Numbered from the stretch's first letter, positions 34,266 to 43,451 are shown. The stretch is DNA of 64,000 nucleotides from an uncultured delta proteobacterium (GCA_963763745.1 CAVXQJ010000001.1:66431-130430), one strand, 5' to 3'. The notes: generated by a model not told the origin, from the sequence alone. Numbers and translations are program-made.

Positions 34266-35920
34266 ATGCTTCGATCAATGGCCGGTGTAGTGGAGGGCTT
34301 TGTGGTTTTGGTCGTCTGCGGTGCGGCGGTGACCGTCGGCGCAGTGACCGGGGCGCTCGATGCTGCAGCAGTCGGCGTGACGACGGTCACGCCGCCGTGC
34401 TGAGTTTGACGTGTGGGAGTGGGCGTGACCGCGACGGTATCTTTCAGCGCGCTGACCAAGTTTGGACGCGCGCCAGTCTCCGCGATGACGACGTCATCCC
34501 ACTTCTCGTTGCCGTTCTGCACCACATGGACGCGGTGCACGCTTCCGATGTCGCCCGTGACGTCGATCTTTCCGTCGTGCACGACCGCCACCACACCATC
34601 GACGTCGACGCGTGCGTCGCTGGGCGTGATCGTCACTTGGACCGTCCGGCGCGAGCTCGGTAGCGCTTGTTGCGAGGATGACGGCAACGCCGCTGTCGAC
34701 TCCGAGGCGACGGGCGTGATCGCTGCCGCCTTTTGTCTGGATAACGCGGCATACGTTCCAAGCGTACCCAGAACCGCGACACCGCCGACGAGCGGCAACG
34801 CCCACCGTAGCGCCGACTTGCGCGGAACCCCGGCAGGCGCCTGACTCGCGCCGAAACCACCGGTCGTAGACTGCACATTAGCGGATGCGATGTTTGGCGA
34901 CGATGTACCGGGAGATGATATCGCGATGGATGCAGCGAGAGGAGACTGCGGCCCGCTGCGATCCGCGCCGGACACCGTCGGCGTGATTCGCGGCGCGACC
35001 GTCGCGCGCATCGCATCCGGCATCGGAGCGAGCGACGCCTGCGAGATCACTGCGCCATTCGGCAAGAGCGCGAAGATCGCAGCGTGCATTTCGGCAGCTG
35101 TCTGGAATCGATCGCCCGGCTCGTGCGACATCGCCTTGTGGACGATGCTCGCAACCTCGGCGGGGACCCACGGCGCGAGATCTTGCACGGGCTTGAACTT
35201 GCCCGAGTTGATCGCAATGAGCAGCTGGCCGATCGTCTCGCACTCGGCGTGCGGCGTCCGACCGCACAACGTCTCATAAAGGACGACGCCGAGAGACCAG
35301 ATGTCGCCGCGACCGTCCAGCGTCTTGAGACCCAAAGCTTGCTCAGGCGACATGTAAAGCGGTGAACCGATCATCGAGCCCGTGCGCGTGAGCCCGTGAT
35401 CGCCCGCTTGCGCGAGTTGATCCGCCCGCACCTTCGCGATTCCGAAATCGAGAATCTTCACGATGGCGTCGCCCGAGTCGCGCTTGGAGATGAACAGGTT
35501 CGCCGACTTGATGTCGCGGTGAATGATCCCCGCGTCATGTGCGCGCTTCAAACCGAGACACGCGTGAGACAAGAGACGCAATGCGAGATCGGGAGCAATT
35601 GGACCGACGCGGCGAATGAGCTGCTGGATGTCTTCTCCGGAGAGAAGCTCCATCACCATGTACGGATTGCCCGTCGACCCATCGACGCCCGTGTCGAGCA
35701 CTTGAACGACGTGTTCTGACTCGATGGCACCGCTCGCGCGCGCCTCGCGCTGAAAGCGCGTGATGATGTCCGCGCCTTGCGCGAGCGCCTGCGCGACGAT
35801 CACCTTGAGCGCGACGCGCCGTCCCGTGCCCGTGTGGCGTGCTTCATAGACCGCACCCATCCCGCCTTCGCCGAGTTGGCGAATGACTTGGTATTTGTTG
35901 TCGATGATTTGGCCTTGCAT
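34262..35920 (-). CDS. Ser/Thr protein kinase with C-terminal Pro/Ala-rich linker, TM segment and periplasmic/extracellular domain
   Basis: GEGGMGAVYEA, VALK, HRDIKSAN, DFG, SPLYMSPEQ, then SRKSALRWALPLVGGVAVLGTLGTYAAL TM and a ~170-aa C-terminal domain. First gene of a minus-strand four-gene run (kinase-OMP-paralog5-paralog4). Confidence 0.85.
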   Translation of the reverse strand: MQGQIIDNKYQVIRQLGEGGMGAVYEARHTGTGRRVALKVIVAQALAQGADIITRFQREARASGAIESEHVVQVLDTGVDGSTGNPYMVMELLSGEDIQQLIRRVGPIAPDLALRLLSHACLGLKRAHDAGIIHRDIKSANLFISKRDSGDAIVKILDFGIAKVRADQLAQAGDHGLTRTGSMIGSPLYMSPEQALGLKTLDGRGDIWSLGVVLYETLCGRTPHAECETIGQLLIAINSGKFKPVQDLAPWVPAEVASIVHKAMSHEPGDRFQTAAEMHAAIFALLPNGAVISQASLAPMPDAMRATVAPRITPTVSGADRSGPQSPLAASIAISSPGTSSPNIASANVQSTTGGFGASQAPAGVPRKSALRWALPLVGGVAVLGTLGTYAALSRQKAAAITPVASESTAALPSSSQQALPSSRRTVQVTITPSDARVDVDGVVAVVHDGKIDVTGDIGSVHRVHVVQNGNEKWDDVVIAETGARPNLVSALKDTVAVTPTPTRQTQHGGVTVVTPTAAASSAPVTAPTVTAAPQTTKTTKPSTTPAIDRSM

Positions 35921-36030
35921 GTGGGGTTAGCCATTCGAGCATACACGCTTGCCGCGTCGAAGGAATGGCCGACCGTTGACACCGTGTGCGTTGACCTGAG
36001 AAGCTGCGATTCGAAGAGGGAGGCGGGGAG

Positions 36031-36444
36031 ATGCTCGCGAGGTGTCTGGTCATTCTTTCGTTCGGAGTCTGCGGGTGTGGCTCCATGGTCTACACGAACG
36101 TCTTCATTCCAACGCCGGTCATGCTCGGGCCGATCGATCGAATCGGCGGCAAACCGACGCAATCCTCCGGACCCACCACCATCGACGCCGTGATGTACAC
36201 CGACCGTGGGTGGAGCACGGGCGCAGACACTTTGGCGTTGAGTAACGCCGTGCGAGCGAGCCTGCTTGCAGAAGGGATTGGTCCGAAGCAAGTAGGTGAC
36301 GCAACGGTGCGCATCGATGAAATCGCCGCAGGTGAGTACCTGATGTGGACGATTCCTTACCTCACGCCAATCGTCTTAATCCGACATTCGCGCGTCAATC
36401 CACATGGACGCCTGCAGCGCGAAACAGCGCAGGTGTCGCAATGA
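36031..36444 (+). CDS. Small lipoprotein (137 aa), hypothetical
   Basis: MLARCLVILSFGVCGCGS lipoprotein-type signal. Stop overlaps the next start (ATGA). Confidence 0.45.
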   Translation: MLARCLVILSFGVCGCGSMVYTNVFIPTPVMLGPIDRIGGKPTQSSGPTTIDAVMYTDRGWSTGADTLALSNAVRASLLAEGIGPKQVGDATVRIDEIAAGEYLMWTIPYLTPIVLIRHSRVNPHGRLQRETAQVSQ

Positions 36445-36860
36445 AGCGCTTGTTGGCCATGCTCTTGGTGATCTGTTGCGCAGGGTGCGCGGGCGGTCGT
36501 GGTTGGATCAGCGCTCCGACTGCGCAATATCCAGTTTCGCTTTCACATGGCATTCGCGCCGCTGACGGGCATCTGCTCGGTCCGAAAGAAAGAAAAAGAG
36601 TTGGTGGCTTTGACACGTCGAAGACGTTCGTCGCGTTATTCTACGATGCGATCCCGCTGAATGGTTCGTTCGACCTTTCCGATGATATCAATCAGCAGGT
36701 GAAAGCGGTTGGCGGGGAAGCCATCACCGATCTGACCTTCCAAACGAGCCTGTGTGCGCTCGACGCCATACCGGTTCTTCACATCCTCCCGTTCTGGCCC
36801 GGTTGTGCCACGGTTCGTGTCACGGGAAACATCATTCAGTCCCAGCCACCAGCGCAATAA
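36441..36860 (+). CDS. Small lipoprotein (139 aa), possible paralog of the preceding one
   Basis: MKRLLAMLLVICCAGCAGG signal/lipobox. Similar size and weak similarity to 36031..36444. Directly precedes paralog 6 (2-nt gap). Confidence 0.45.
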   Translation: MKRLLAMLLVICCAGCAGGRGWISAPTAQYPVSLSHGIRAADGHLLGPKERKRVGGFDTSKTFVALFYDAIPLNGSFDLSDDINQQVKAVGGEAITDLTFQTSLCALDAIPVLHILPFWPGCATVRVTGNIIQSQPPAQ

Positions 36861-36861
36861 A

Positions 36862-38958
36862 ATGAAACGCAGTATCGTAGTTGGTTTTGTAGTCATCGGA
36901 ATTGCGTGCAACACGAGCCAGAACGAAGCTCGTGGAGTTCCCGCGACCGGAGCGGCGGCGATGGGGACATCTGCGCGCGTGAGCTTGCCGGCTTACGCGA
37001 GCGATGCCGTGACGGTCGAAGATCTCCCGACCCACACCCTGGTGCGTTTTGCGCTGCGTGGTGCGGATCGGGTGCCGTCGACGCTGGCGGGCAAGTCCAT
37101 CGCGTATCGAGGGGCCGTGAGCGGTGCGGATGTCATTCATCGTGTGAGCGAAAACGGAACCGAAGACTCCGTCGTGTTCGCTTCGCGGCCGAACGCTGAG
37201 GAGATTGTTTACGACCTCGACGTTTCGACCATCGCTGGCTTGCGGCTCGTCAGCAACACACTCGAGTTTCTCGACGCGAGCGGCACACCCCGTTTGCGTG
37301 TGGCCCCACCGTTCGTGATCGACCACGATGGCGCGCGCCACGATGCGGCCATGCGTGTCGAAGGATGTGCATATGACGACAACCCCGCGGCGCCTTGGGG
37401 TCGAAGCGTCACGCCACACGCGCAGACTTGCGCGCTACACGTCTCCTGGACTTCACCGTCCTATCCGGCCACGCTCGACCCACAGTGGACCACGACGGGC
37501 GCGATGGCGACGGCGCGCGCGTACCACACGGCAACTCTCCTCTCGACGGGCAAAGTTCTCGTCGCGGGAGGGAACAACGGTTCTGTGCTCTCGAGCGCAG
37601 AGCTCTACGATCTCGGCACGCACACGTTCGCGGCGACGGGTGCACTCGGAACGGCGCGGTGGGAGCACGCCGCCGCAGCATTGACGACAGGAAAAGTGCT
37701 CGTCGCCGGCGGCACTGGTTCGGCCGCTCTCGCCAGCGCGGAGCTCTACGATCCATCCGCTGGGAAATTCTCGGCGACGGGTTCGCTCGTGTCCGCGCGC
37801 TCAGGTCACACGGCAACGGTCCTCTCGTCCGGCAAAGTGCTCATCGTCGGAGGCACGCCATCGACGGCGGAGATCTACAACAACGGCACGTTCACGACGA
37901 CGGGTACGCCAGCAGCGAGCCCAATTGCCGGGCACTCGGCAACGTTGCTTCAATCGGGCGACGTGCTCGTCGCCGGCGGTTACAATCCAAGTGCATTCCC
38001 GGGGTACGCAACTACCATAAGCCAGGTCTATAGCGTAGCGAGTGGCACCTTCTCGAAATCGGGATCGATGACCAACGGGCGTCATGGTCACGCAGCAGCT
38101 CTGCTTCCGTCGGGGAAAGTGCTCGTCGTTGGTGGCTCGAACGTTACTGGCGACACATCGAACCTTGTGTACTTCGATGTTGCCCCTGCCGAGCTGTGGA
38201 GCGCTGGCTCGTTCACAACAACGGCGTCGCTTGCAACCGGACGCGACGCGCCAACAGCCGCGCTCCTCCCGTCGAATCAAGTCCTCGTGGTGGGTGGAGC
38301 GACCAGCACATCGACGGAGCTATACGACCTTGCGGCCGGCACGTTTGGCTCGGGTGGATCGTTGAACGTCGCACGTGATCACAATGCGGCAACGCTCTTC
38401 GCGACCGGAGAAGTGCTAGTGACGGGCGGCAAGAACGCATCGAACGGCTACGAGGCGAGCGCAGAGGTTTATGGGCTCCCCAACGCTTCGACGTGCACGA
38501 ACGACCAAGACTGTGCGTCGGGATTCTGCACGGATGGTTATTGCTGTACGACGGCGTGTACCGCGCAGTGTGAAGCGTGCGACATCGCGGGCTCGCTTGG
38601 CACGTGTTCGCCGGTGATGTCTGGACCCTCACATGGCACTCGCCAAGCATGTACGTGCAATGGTGGTGAATGCGCATCCGGTGCGACGTGCGTGGATGAG
38701 CACACGTCGAATGGTGTTGGCGGCCAGCACGATTGCGCGCCCTACGTCTGCGACGTCAGCGGATCTGGTGCGTGCAAGACGACGTGCGCATCCGTCAGCG
38801 ATTGCTATGCGCCCAACGTGTGCGACTCGACGGGTGCTTGTGTACCACCACAGCAAAGCAATTCCGGTGGGTGCGCCATGGGCGGCTCCGACGGGCGCGA
38901 CGGATCTGTGGTCGCGCTCATCCTCGCGGCGTTGTGCGTGCGCCGGAGACGTCGATGA
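36862..38958 (+). CDS. Secreted Kelch-repeat / Cys-rich / MYXO-CTERM protein (paralog 6)
   Basis: Start MKRSIVVGFVVIGIACN. N-domain (GTEDSVVFASRPNAEEIVYDLDVSTIAGLRLVSNTLEFLDASGTPRLRVAPPFVID), Kelch-like repeats (GKVLVAGG...AELYDLGTHTF), shorter Cys-rich block CTDGYCCTTACTAQCEACDI...DCAPYVCD, C-terminal GGCAMGGSDGRDGSVVALILAALCVRRRRR. Confidence 0.75.
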   Translation: MKRSIVVGFVVIGIACNTSQNEARGVPATGAAAMGTSARVSLPAYASDAVTVEDLPTHTLVRFALRGADRVPSTLAGKSIAYRGAVSGADVIHRVSENGTEDSVVFASRPNAEEIVYDLDVSTIAGLRLVSNTLEFLDASGTPRLRVAPPFVIDHDGARHDAAMRVEGCAYDDNPAAPWGRSVTPHAQTCALHVSWTSPSYPATLDPQWTTTGAMATARAYHTATLLSTGKVLVAGGNNGSVLSSAELYDLGTHTFAATGALGTARWEHAAAALTTGKVLVAGGTGSAALASAELYDPSAGKFSATGSLVSARSGHTATVLSSGKVLIVGGTPSTAEIYNNGTFTTTGTPAASPIAGHSATLLQSGDVLVAGGYNPSAFPGYATTISQVYSVASGTFSKSGSMTNGRHGHAAALLPSGKVLVVGGSNVTGDTSNLVYFDVAPAELWSAGSFTTTASLATGRDAPTAALLPSNQVLVVGGATSTSTELYDLAAGTFGSGGSLNVARDHNAATLFATGEVLVTGGKNASNGYEASAEVYGLPNASTCTNDQDCASGFCTDGYCCTTACTAQCEACDIAGSLGTCSPVMSGPSHGTRQACTCNGGECASGATCVDEHTSNGVGGQHDCAPYVCDVSGSGACKTTCASVSDCYAPNVCDSTGACVPPQQSNSGGCAMGGSDGRDGSVVALILAALCVRRRRR

Positions 38959-41150
38959 ACCTTTGGCGTGCGCTCATCGGCTCGGCGTGTGTCGTCGTCG
39001 TTGTGAAATGCAACGTTGAACCAGACCACGCTCGCACGTCGGCATCGCTACTGGCGGACGTGAATGCACGCGCGTCCGATCTGTACACACGCTACCCGAT
39101 CCTCAACACACGAGAGCCGCACGCCGTATCCGGCAAAGCAGCAACTGACCTACCCAATGTTGCAAGCGGGACCGTGACGGTAGCAGACGTTGCCTCCGAC
39201 GTAGTGATCGCGTTTTCGCTTTGCGGAACCAACGACGCGAACCGCGTCGACATCAACGGCATGTCGATCTATCCCGCCGCACTGAGCGGTGCGGATCGCC
39301 TTCAGCGCGTTGGCGAAAACGGGACGGAAGACTTCGTTGCCTTCGAATCTCGTCCGACGACCGAGGAGCTCCGTTACGACGTGGACGTCTCACGAGTTGC
39401 GGGAGTACGCAGCATATCGAACGTGGTCGAATTTCTCGACGCCTCCGGCACGCCGCGATTGCGCGTAGCGCCCCCATTCGTCATCCAAGCAAACGGTTCG
39501 CGCACGTCCGCGACGCTCGCGCTCGAAGGGTGTGCATTCGACACGGGCCCAGCCCCGTCATGGGGAAGGCCGGTAACGAAACCGGGAACGACGTGCGTCA
39601 TGCGTGTGACGTGGCGTGACGTTGTTTATCCGGCGCTCGTCGATCCACATTGGCAGACGACCGGCAACCTCATTGGAACCAAGACCGGTGGTGCGACGCT
39701 GTTGCAAGACGGACGCGTTCTCATCACGGGCGGTACATCACAGATCTACGATCCAACGACGGCAACGTTTGGTGCCACGGGTGCGATGGGCACAGCGCGC
39801 ACCGATGCAACGGCAACGCTGCTTCCGACGAACCGAGTCCTCGTTGCTGGTGGGGATGGCTCGACGACCGCGCTCGCGAGCGCGGAACTCTTCGATCCGA
39901 CCGCCGGAACGTTCTCTGCCACCGGCGCCATGACGTCACCGCGCGCGCTTCACACCGCAACGCTGCTCAACACGGGAAAGGTTCTCGTTGTGGGAGGGAT
40001 GACGACCGACGCGTACGCCATGCCCGCGCTCACGAACGCGACGGAGCTCGCGACCGCCGAGCTATACGATCCATCGACGGGCAAGTTCACCACGACAGGC
40101 TCGATGAAGGCGGCGCGCGCCTGGCACACGGCGACCCTTCTACCCGACAATACTGTCCTCATCGCTGGTGGATTTTATGAGACGTCGGGCGGCTCTCCGA
40201 ATTTTCCGCAGACTGCAGAGCTCTATGGCAATGGAACGTTCACATCCACGGGCACGATGGCGGCCGCACACGTTCACCACATTGCGATTGCGCTTTCGCC
40301 AGGCGTGCTCATCGCCGGCGGTGGCTACGTATATGAAGGACAGGAAGGAACATCCTACAACTATATCAACGCTGCTGAGATGTACGTTGGTGGCTCCTTC
40401 GTCACGGTTGGCAACATGCTTGCCCAACGCGGCTCTGCAGCCGCGGCGACGCTCCCGTCCGGCGATGCAATCATCATCGGTGGAGGCGCTGGCAACAGCA
40501 CCGAAGTACAATATTCGACGACGGAGATCTTCGACCAGAACAAGAAGACATTTTCGCAAGGCGAGTCGCTGGCGACTCCCTGCGGCGACCCTTTCACCGC
40601 GGCTGTCACGGCGACTGTGCTCCAATCGCACATCGTACTAACCACGTGTGAGGGCGGCGCTGCTTTCCTCTACACGCTCGACAATGGACAGCCTTGCACG
40701 AAGACGTCCGCGTGTGCGTCCGGTTTTTGTGTGGATGGGGTGTGTTGCGACACGGCATGCACTGGTCAGTGTCAAGCGTGTGATGTCGCTGGCGATGTTG
40801 GCACTTGTAGCGCAGTGAATAGCGGCCCTTCTCACGGAGCGCGCCCGTCGTGCACGTGTGACAACGGGCAGTGTTCCAATCACCAATGCTCCGACCCACA
40901 CACGTCGCAATCCACCGATGGTGGCACCGAAGATTGCACTCCATACGTTTGCGCGACGACCGGCTTCTGCTCCACCTCGTGCGCCTCGGTCACCGATTGC
41001 GTCTCGCCGAATGTTTGTGATTCCACTGGGCGCTGCGTGGCACCCCCGAGCGGGTCGGGTGGATGCAACACGTCGAATGGGGCGACAGACGCGTGGTGGT
41101 TGATCGCGCTCGTCGTCGCTTCGCGGCGGCTGAAGCGACGCTTGGATTGA
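38955..41150 (+). CDS. Secreted Kelch-repeat / Cys-rich / MYXO-CTERM protein (paralog 7)
   Basis: ATG overlaps paralog 6 stop (ATGA). Signal MNLWRALIGSACVVVVVKC. N-domain (GTEDFVAFESRPTTEELRYDVDVSRVAGVRSISNVVEFLDASGTPRLRVAPPFVIQ), Kelch-like repeats, Cys-rich CVDGVCCDTACTGQCQACDV...DCTPYVCA, C-terminal GGCNTSNGATDAWWLIALVVASRRLKRR. Confidence 0.75.
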   Translation: MNLWRALIGSACVVVVVKCNVEPDHARTSASLLADVNARASDLYTRYPILNTREPHAVSGKAATDLPNVASGTVTVADVASDVVIAFSLCGTNDANRVDINGMSIYPAALSGADRLQRVGENGTEDFVAFESRPTTEELRYDVDVSRVAGVRSISNVVEFLDASGTPRLRVAPPFVIQANGSRTSATLALEGCAFDTGPAPSWGRPVTKPGTTCVMRVTWRDVVYPALVDPHWQTTGNLIGTKTGGATLLQDGRVLITGGTSQIYDPTTATFGATGAMGTARTDATATLLPTNRVLVAGGDGSTTALASAELFDPTAGTFSATGAMTSPRALHTATLLNTGKVLVVGGMTTDAYAMPALTNATELATAELYDPSTGKFTTTGSMKAARAWHTATLLPDNTVLIAGGFYETSGGSPNFPQTAELYGNGTFTSTGTMAAAHVHHIAIALSPGVLIAGGGYVYEGQEGTSYNYINAAEMYVGGSFVTVGNMLAQRGSAAAATLPSGDAIIIGGGAGNSTEVQYSTTEIFDQNKKTFSQGESLATPCGDPFTAAVTATVLQSHIVLTTCEGGAAFLYTLDNGQPCTKTSACASGFCVDGVCCDTACTGQCQACDVAGDVGTCSAVNSGPSHGARPSCTCDNGQCSNHQCSDPHTSQSTDGGTEDCTPYVCATTGFCSTSCASVTDCVSPNVCDSTGRCVAPPSGSGGCNTSNGATDAWWLIALVVASRRLKRRLD

Positions 41151-41291
41151 TCATCATCGCAACTGATCGCCTCTCATGCGCGTTTGCGTCGGTTGCGGGC
41201 GAAGAGAGCGGCGATCGTGTGCAGTCTTGGGAGGGTTCCGTCTGCACCCTTCGAGGTGTGATCGTCGGTGCAAGTCACATCTTCTGCAGGA

Positions 41292-41407
41292 CGTACCACG
41301 GCGATTCCGAAATGGGCTATCGCGTGAACCTCGGCTGCGTCATCGGACTCGACGTGCTCGCGCTCGAGATTGGAGTCATCGACGGACGCTCGATGCCAGT
41401 CACCGAC
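41292..41407 (+). repeat. 116-nt direct repeat, copy 2 (115/116 identical to 18511..18626); intergenic, immediately upstream of the DUF998-like membrane protein gene
   Basis: Same sequence as copy 1 in the same orientation. Lies 140 nt after the paralog 7 stop and ends 3 nt before a GTG start at 41410. Both long ORFs that include it read identically (…VPRRFRNGLSREPRLRHRTRRARARDWSHRRTLDAS…), so the repeat is longer than any selective coding explanation would require. Confidence 0.85.
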
Positions 41408-41409
41408 CA

Positions 41410-42027
41410 GTGACGGGTCGTCGTTGGCCCATCAGTACGATCGCCGGCGCACTGACGATTGTCGTCTACGTCGGGTGCACCCTCGGAGCATTCGTCCTCT
41501 ATCCATTGCCGTTCGGCGTCACGACGAATTATCTCAGCGACCTCGGTAACTCGATATCGAGCCCGCGCGGCGCGATCGTCTACAACGTCGGAACGATCCT
41601 CGCGGGCGTTTCGCTCTTTCCTTTCTTTGCCGGCCTCGTCGCGTGGCACTCGAAGAGCAGAGTGCGAACGCGGCTCATGATTGCGACGCAGACGCTCGGG
41701 TTCGTCGAAGCGTTCGCGCTCGTCATGATCGGCGTGCATCCCGCGCATGCTGGTCATGCGCACGTCGTGTGGTCCAACATCCAGTTCTTGGTGAACCTCT
41801 TCGTCTTGATTCTGGCGACGGCAGCGCTCCGCGGCGACCCGAGGTTCATCGCAGCGATTGGCAACTACGGCATCGTCGCGATCGCGAGCCAGCTCGCTGC
41901 GCTCGTGACGATCGTCATCGGTCACAGCAGTCCATTCGTCGAGTGGCTCGCGGTGATCACGACGCTTCTCTTCGTCGGGCTCGTGGCGTGGAACATGTCG
42001 AAGCCGATCTTTCGCAGCGCGGCTTGA
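41410..42027 (+). CDS. Small polytopic membrane protein, DUF998-like (YLSDLGN motif), hypothetical
   Basis: GTG start. ISTIAGALTIVVYVGCTLGAFVLYPLPFG, then YLSDLGN, and five more hydrophobic helices; ~205 aa. Confidence 0.4.
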   Translation: MTGRRWPISTIAGALTIVVYVGCTLGAFVLYPLPFGVTTNYLSDLGNSISSPRGAIVYNVGTILAGVSLFPFFAGLVAWHSKSRVRTRLMIATQTLGFVEAFALVMIGVHPAHAGHAHVVWSNIQFLVNLFVLILATAALRGDPRFIAAIGNYGIVAIASQLAALVTIVIGHSSPFVEWLAVITTLLFVGLVAWNMSKPIFRSAA

Positions 42028-42122
42028 GCGCGCGGTTTGCGGTCATGTGCGTCGATTGCGCCGCCGGGCTCTGTTTCGCTCGCAAAATGCGCAGGTGCGC
42101 GCCTTGCAACATTTGACGACCG

Positions 42123-43451
42123 ATGGCTCGATCGTGGGCGTTCAATCGTGCAGACGTGACGAAGACGCTGCTCCTCAGCGCGTGGTTCTTCCTCACCGTC
42201 AGCGCCTTCTGGATGATCAAATCGGTGCGCGTCGCCGCGCTCGTCGTCTACCTCGGCGCAGCCGAGACTCCCTACGTTCGCCTCGCGGGCGTCGCCGCCG
42301 TCGGCGTCGCCGTCATCGCGTATTCATTTTCCGCCAACAGGCTCTCGCGCGTTCAGCTCGTGCGCGCGACGAGCGCGGCGTTCGCCGTCGTGCTCTTCGT
42401 GTTCTGGCTCGTTGCGTGGCTGCGCCCGGAGCTCGCGGATCAAAGACCTTACATTTGGTCCATCTACATCCTCGTCGACGTCTACGCCGTCGTGATGATC
42501 GAGCTCTTCTGGACGTACAGCAACGACGTCGTGACCGAAGACGAATCCAAACGTCTTTATGGCCTAATCGGTTTGGGCGGAATTTTGGGCGGCATCGCGG
42601 GTGGTGGGTTCGTCGATTTGTTCACGCGTCGAATCGGCGCGCTCAACTTGCTTCTCGTCGCGGTGCTCGTCGTCGTTGCGTGCGCGGGCGTTGGCTCGTT
42701 CACCGAGTACGTCCTCAAACCGCCGCCGCGAAAGCGCAGCGCGCGCGCAGAGTCCGCGTTCGATGGCGTGTACGAAGTCGGCAAGAGCCGTTACCTGATG
42801 TTGCTCGTCGGCGTCGTCGTCGCGTACGAGATCACGGCGACGCTCTGCGACTTCGGCGTCAACGTGCTCTTCGAGCGCGCGCACTTGAACGAAGCGGAGC
42901 TCACGCGAATTTACGGGCGCCTCGGTTGGATCTCGAGCTCGATCGCGATTGTCGCGCAGGTCGCGCTCGTCCCGGTCCTCTTGCCGGCGAAGAGAGCCGC
43001 GCTTCTCTTGCCGCCGATCGCGATGGCCGCGAGCGTCGTCGGCGTCGTCATGCTGCCCATACTTGCGACGGCGTTCGTCATGGCGAGCGTCGATCGCGGT
43101 CTCAATTATTCGATTCAACAGTCCATGCGCGAATCGCTCTACGTGCCGCTGACGGATGCGCAGAAGTACAAAGCCAAAGCGTTCATCGACATGTTCGTCG
43201 ACCGCGCGGCGAAAGCGTTCGCGTCGGTCGCGCTCCTCGTGATGATGGCGATCTCGGGTGAGACGGCGCGCGGCGCGCTGCTTTTGAGCTTTGGATCCCT
43301 CGCGCTTTGGATTGGCTCGGCGAGGCGACTTGCCCGGGCACGCGCGAGAAAAGCGGAGGAATCGAACGCGCTCGCGATGGGTCGCGAGCCGCTCGCGAAA
43401 TCGCGCGAGCAACACGACGGCAAATTTCCTCGTCATTTACCGACGAAATAA
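42123..43451 (+). CDS. TLC-family (ATP/ADP translocase, Npt-like) nucleotide transporter or related MFS-like transporter
   Basis: N-terminal KTLLLSAWFFLTVSAFWMIKSVR matches the K-x-L-x-L-x3-FF-x-Y-x3-(K/R) opening of TLC/AAA-family nucleotide transporters. Twelve predicted TM helices, 442 aa. Confidence 0.5.
   Translation: MARSWAFNRADVTKTLLLSAWFFLTVSAFWMIKSVRVAALVVYLGAAETPYVRLAGVAAVGVAVIAYSFSANRLSRVQLVRATSAAFAVVLFVFWLVAWLRPELADQRPYIWSIYILVDVYAVVMIELFWTYSNDVVTEDESKRLYGLIGLGGILGGIAGGGFVDLFTRRIGALNLLLVAVLVVVACAGVGSFTEYVLKPPPRKRSARAESAFDGVYEVGKSRYLMLLVGVVVAYEITATLCDFGVNVLFERAHLNEAELTRIYGRLGWISSSIAIVAQVALVPVLLPAKRAALLLPPIAMAASVVGVVMLPILATAFVMASVDRGLNYSIQQSMRESLYVPLTDAQKYKAKAFIDMFVDRAAKAFASVALLVMMAISGETARGALLLSFGSLALWIGSARRLARARARKAEESNALAMGREPLAKSREQHDGKFPRHLPTK

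Noticed and set aside
41292-41407. The 116-nt repeat as a riboswitch/leader of the DUF998-like gene
   Set aside because: A second identical copy sits at 18511 with no downstream same-strand gene, and I recognise no known riboswitch consensus in it. Treated as a repeat element of unknown function instead.
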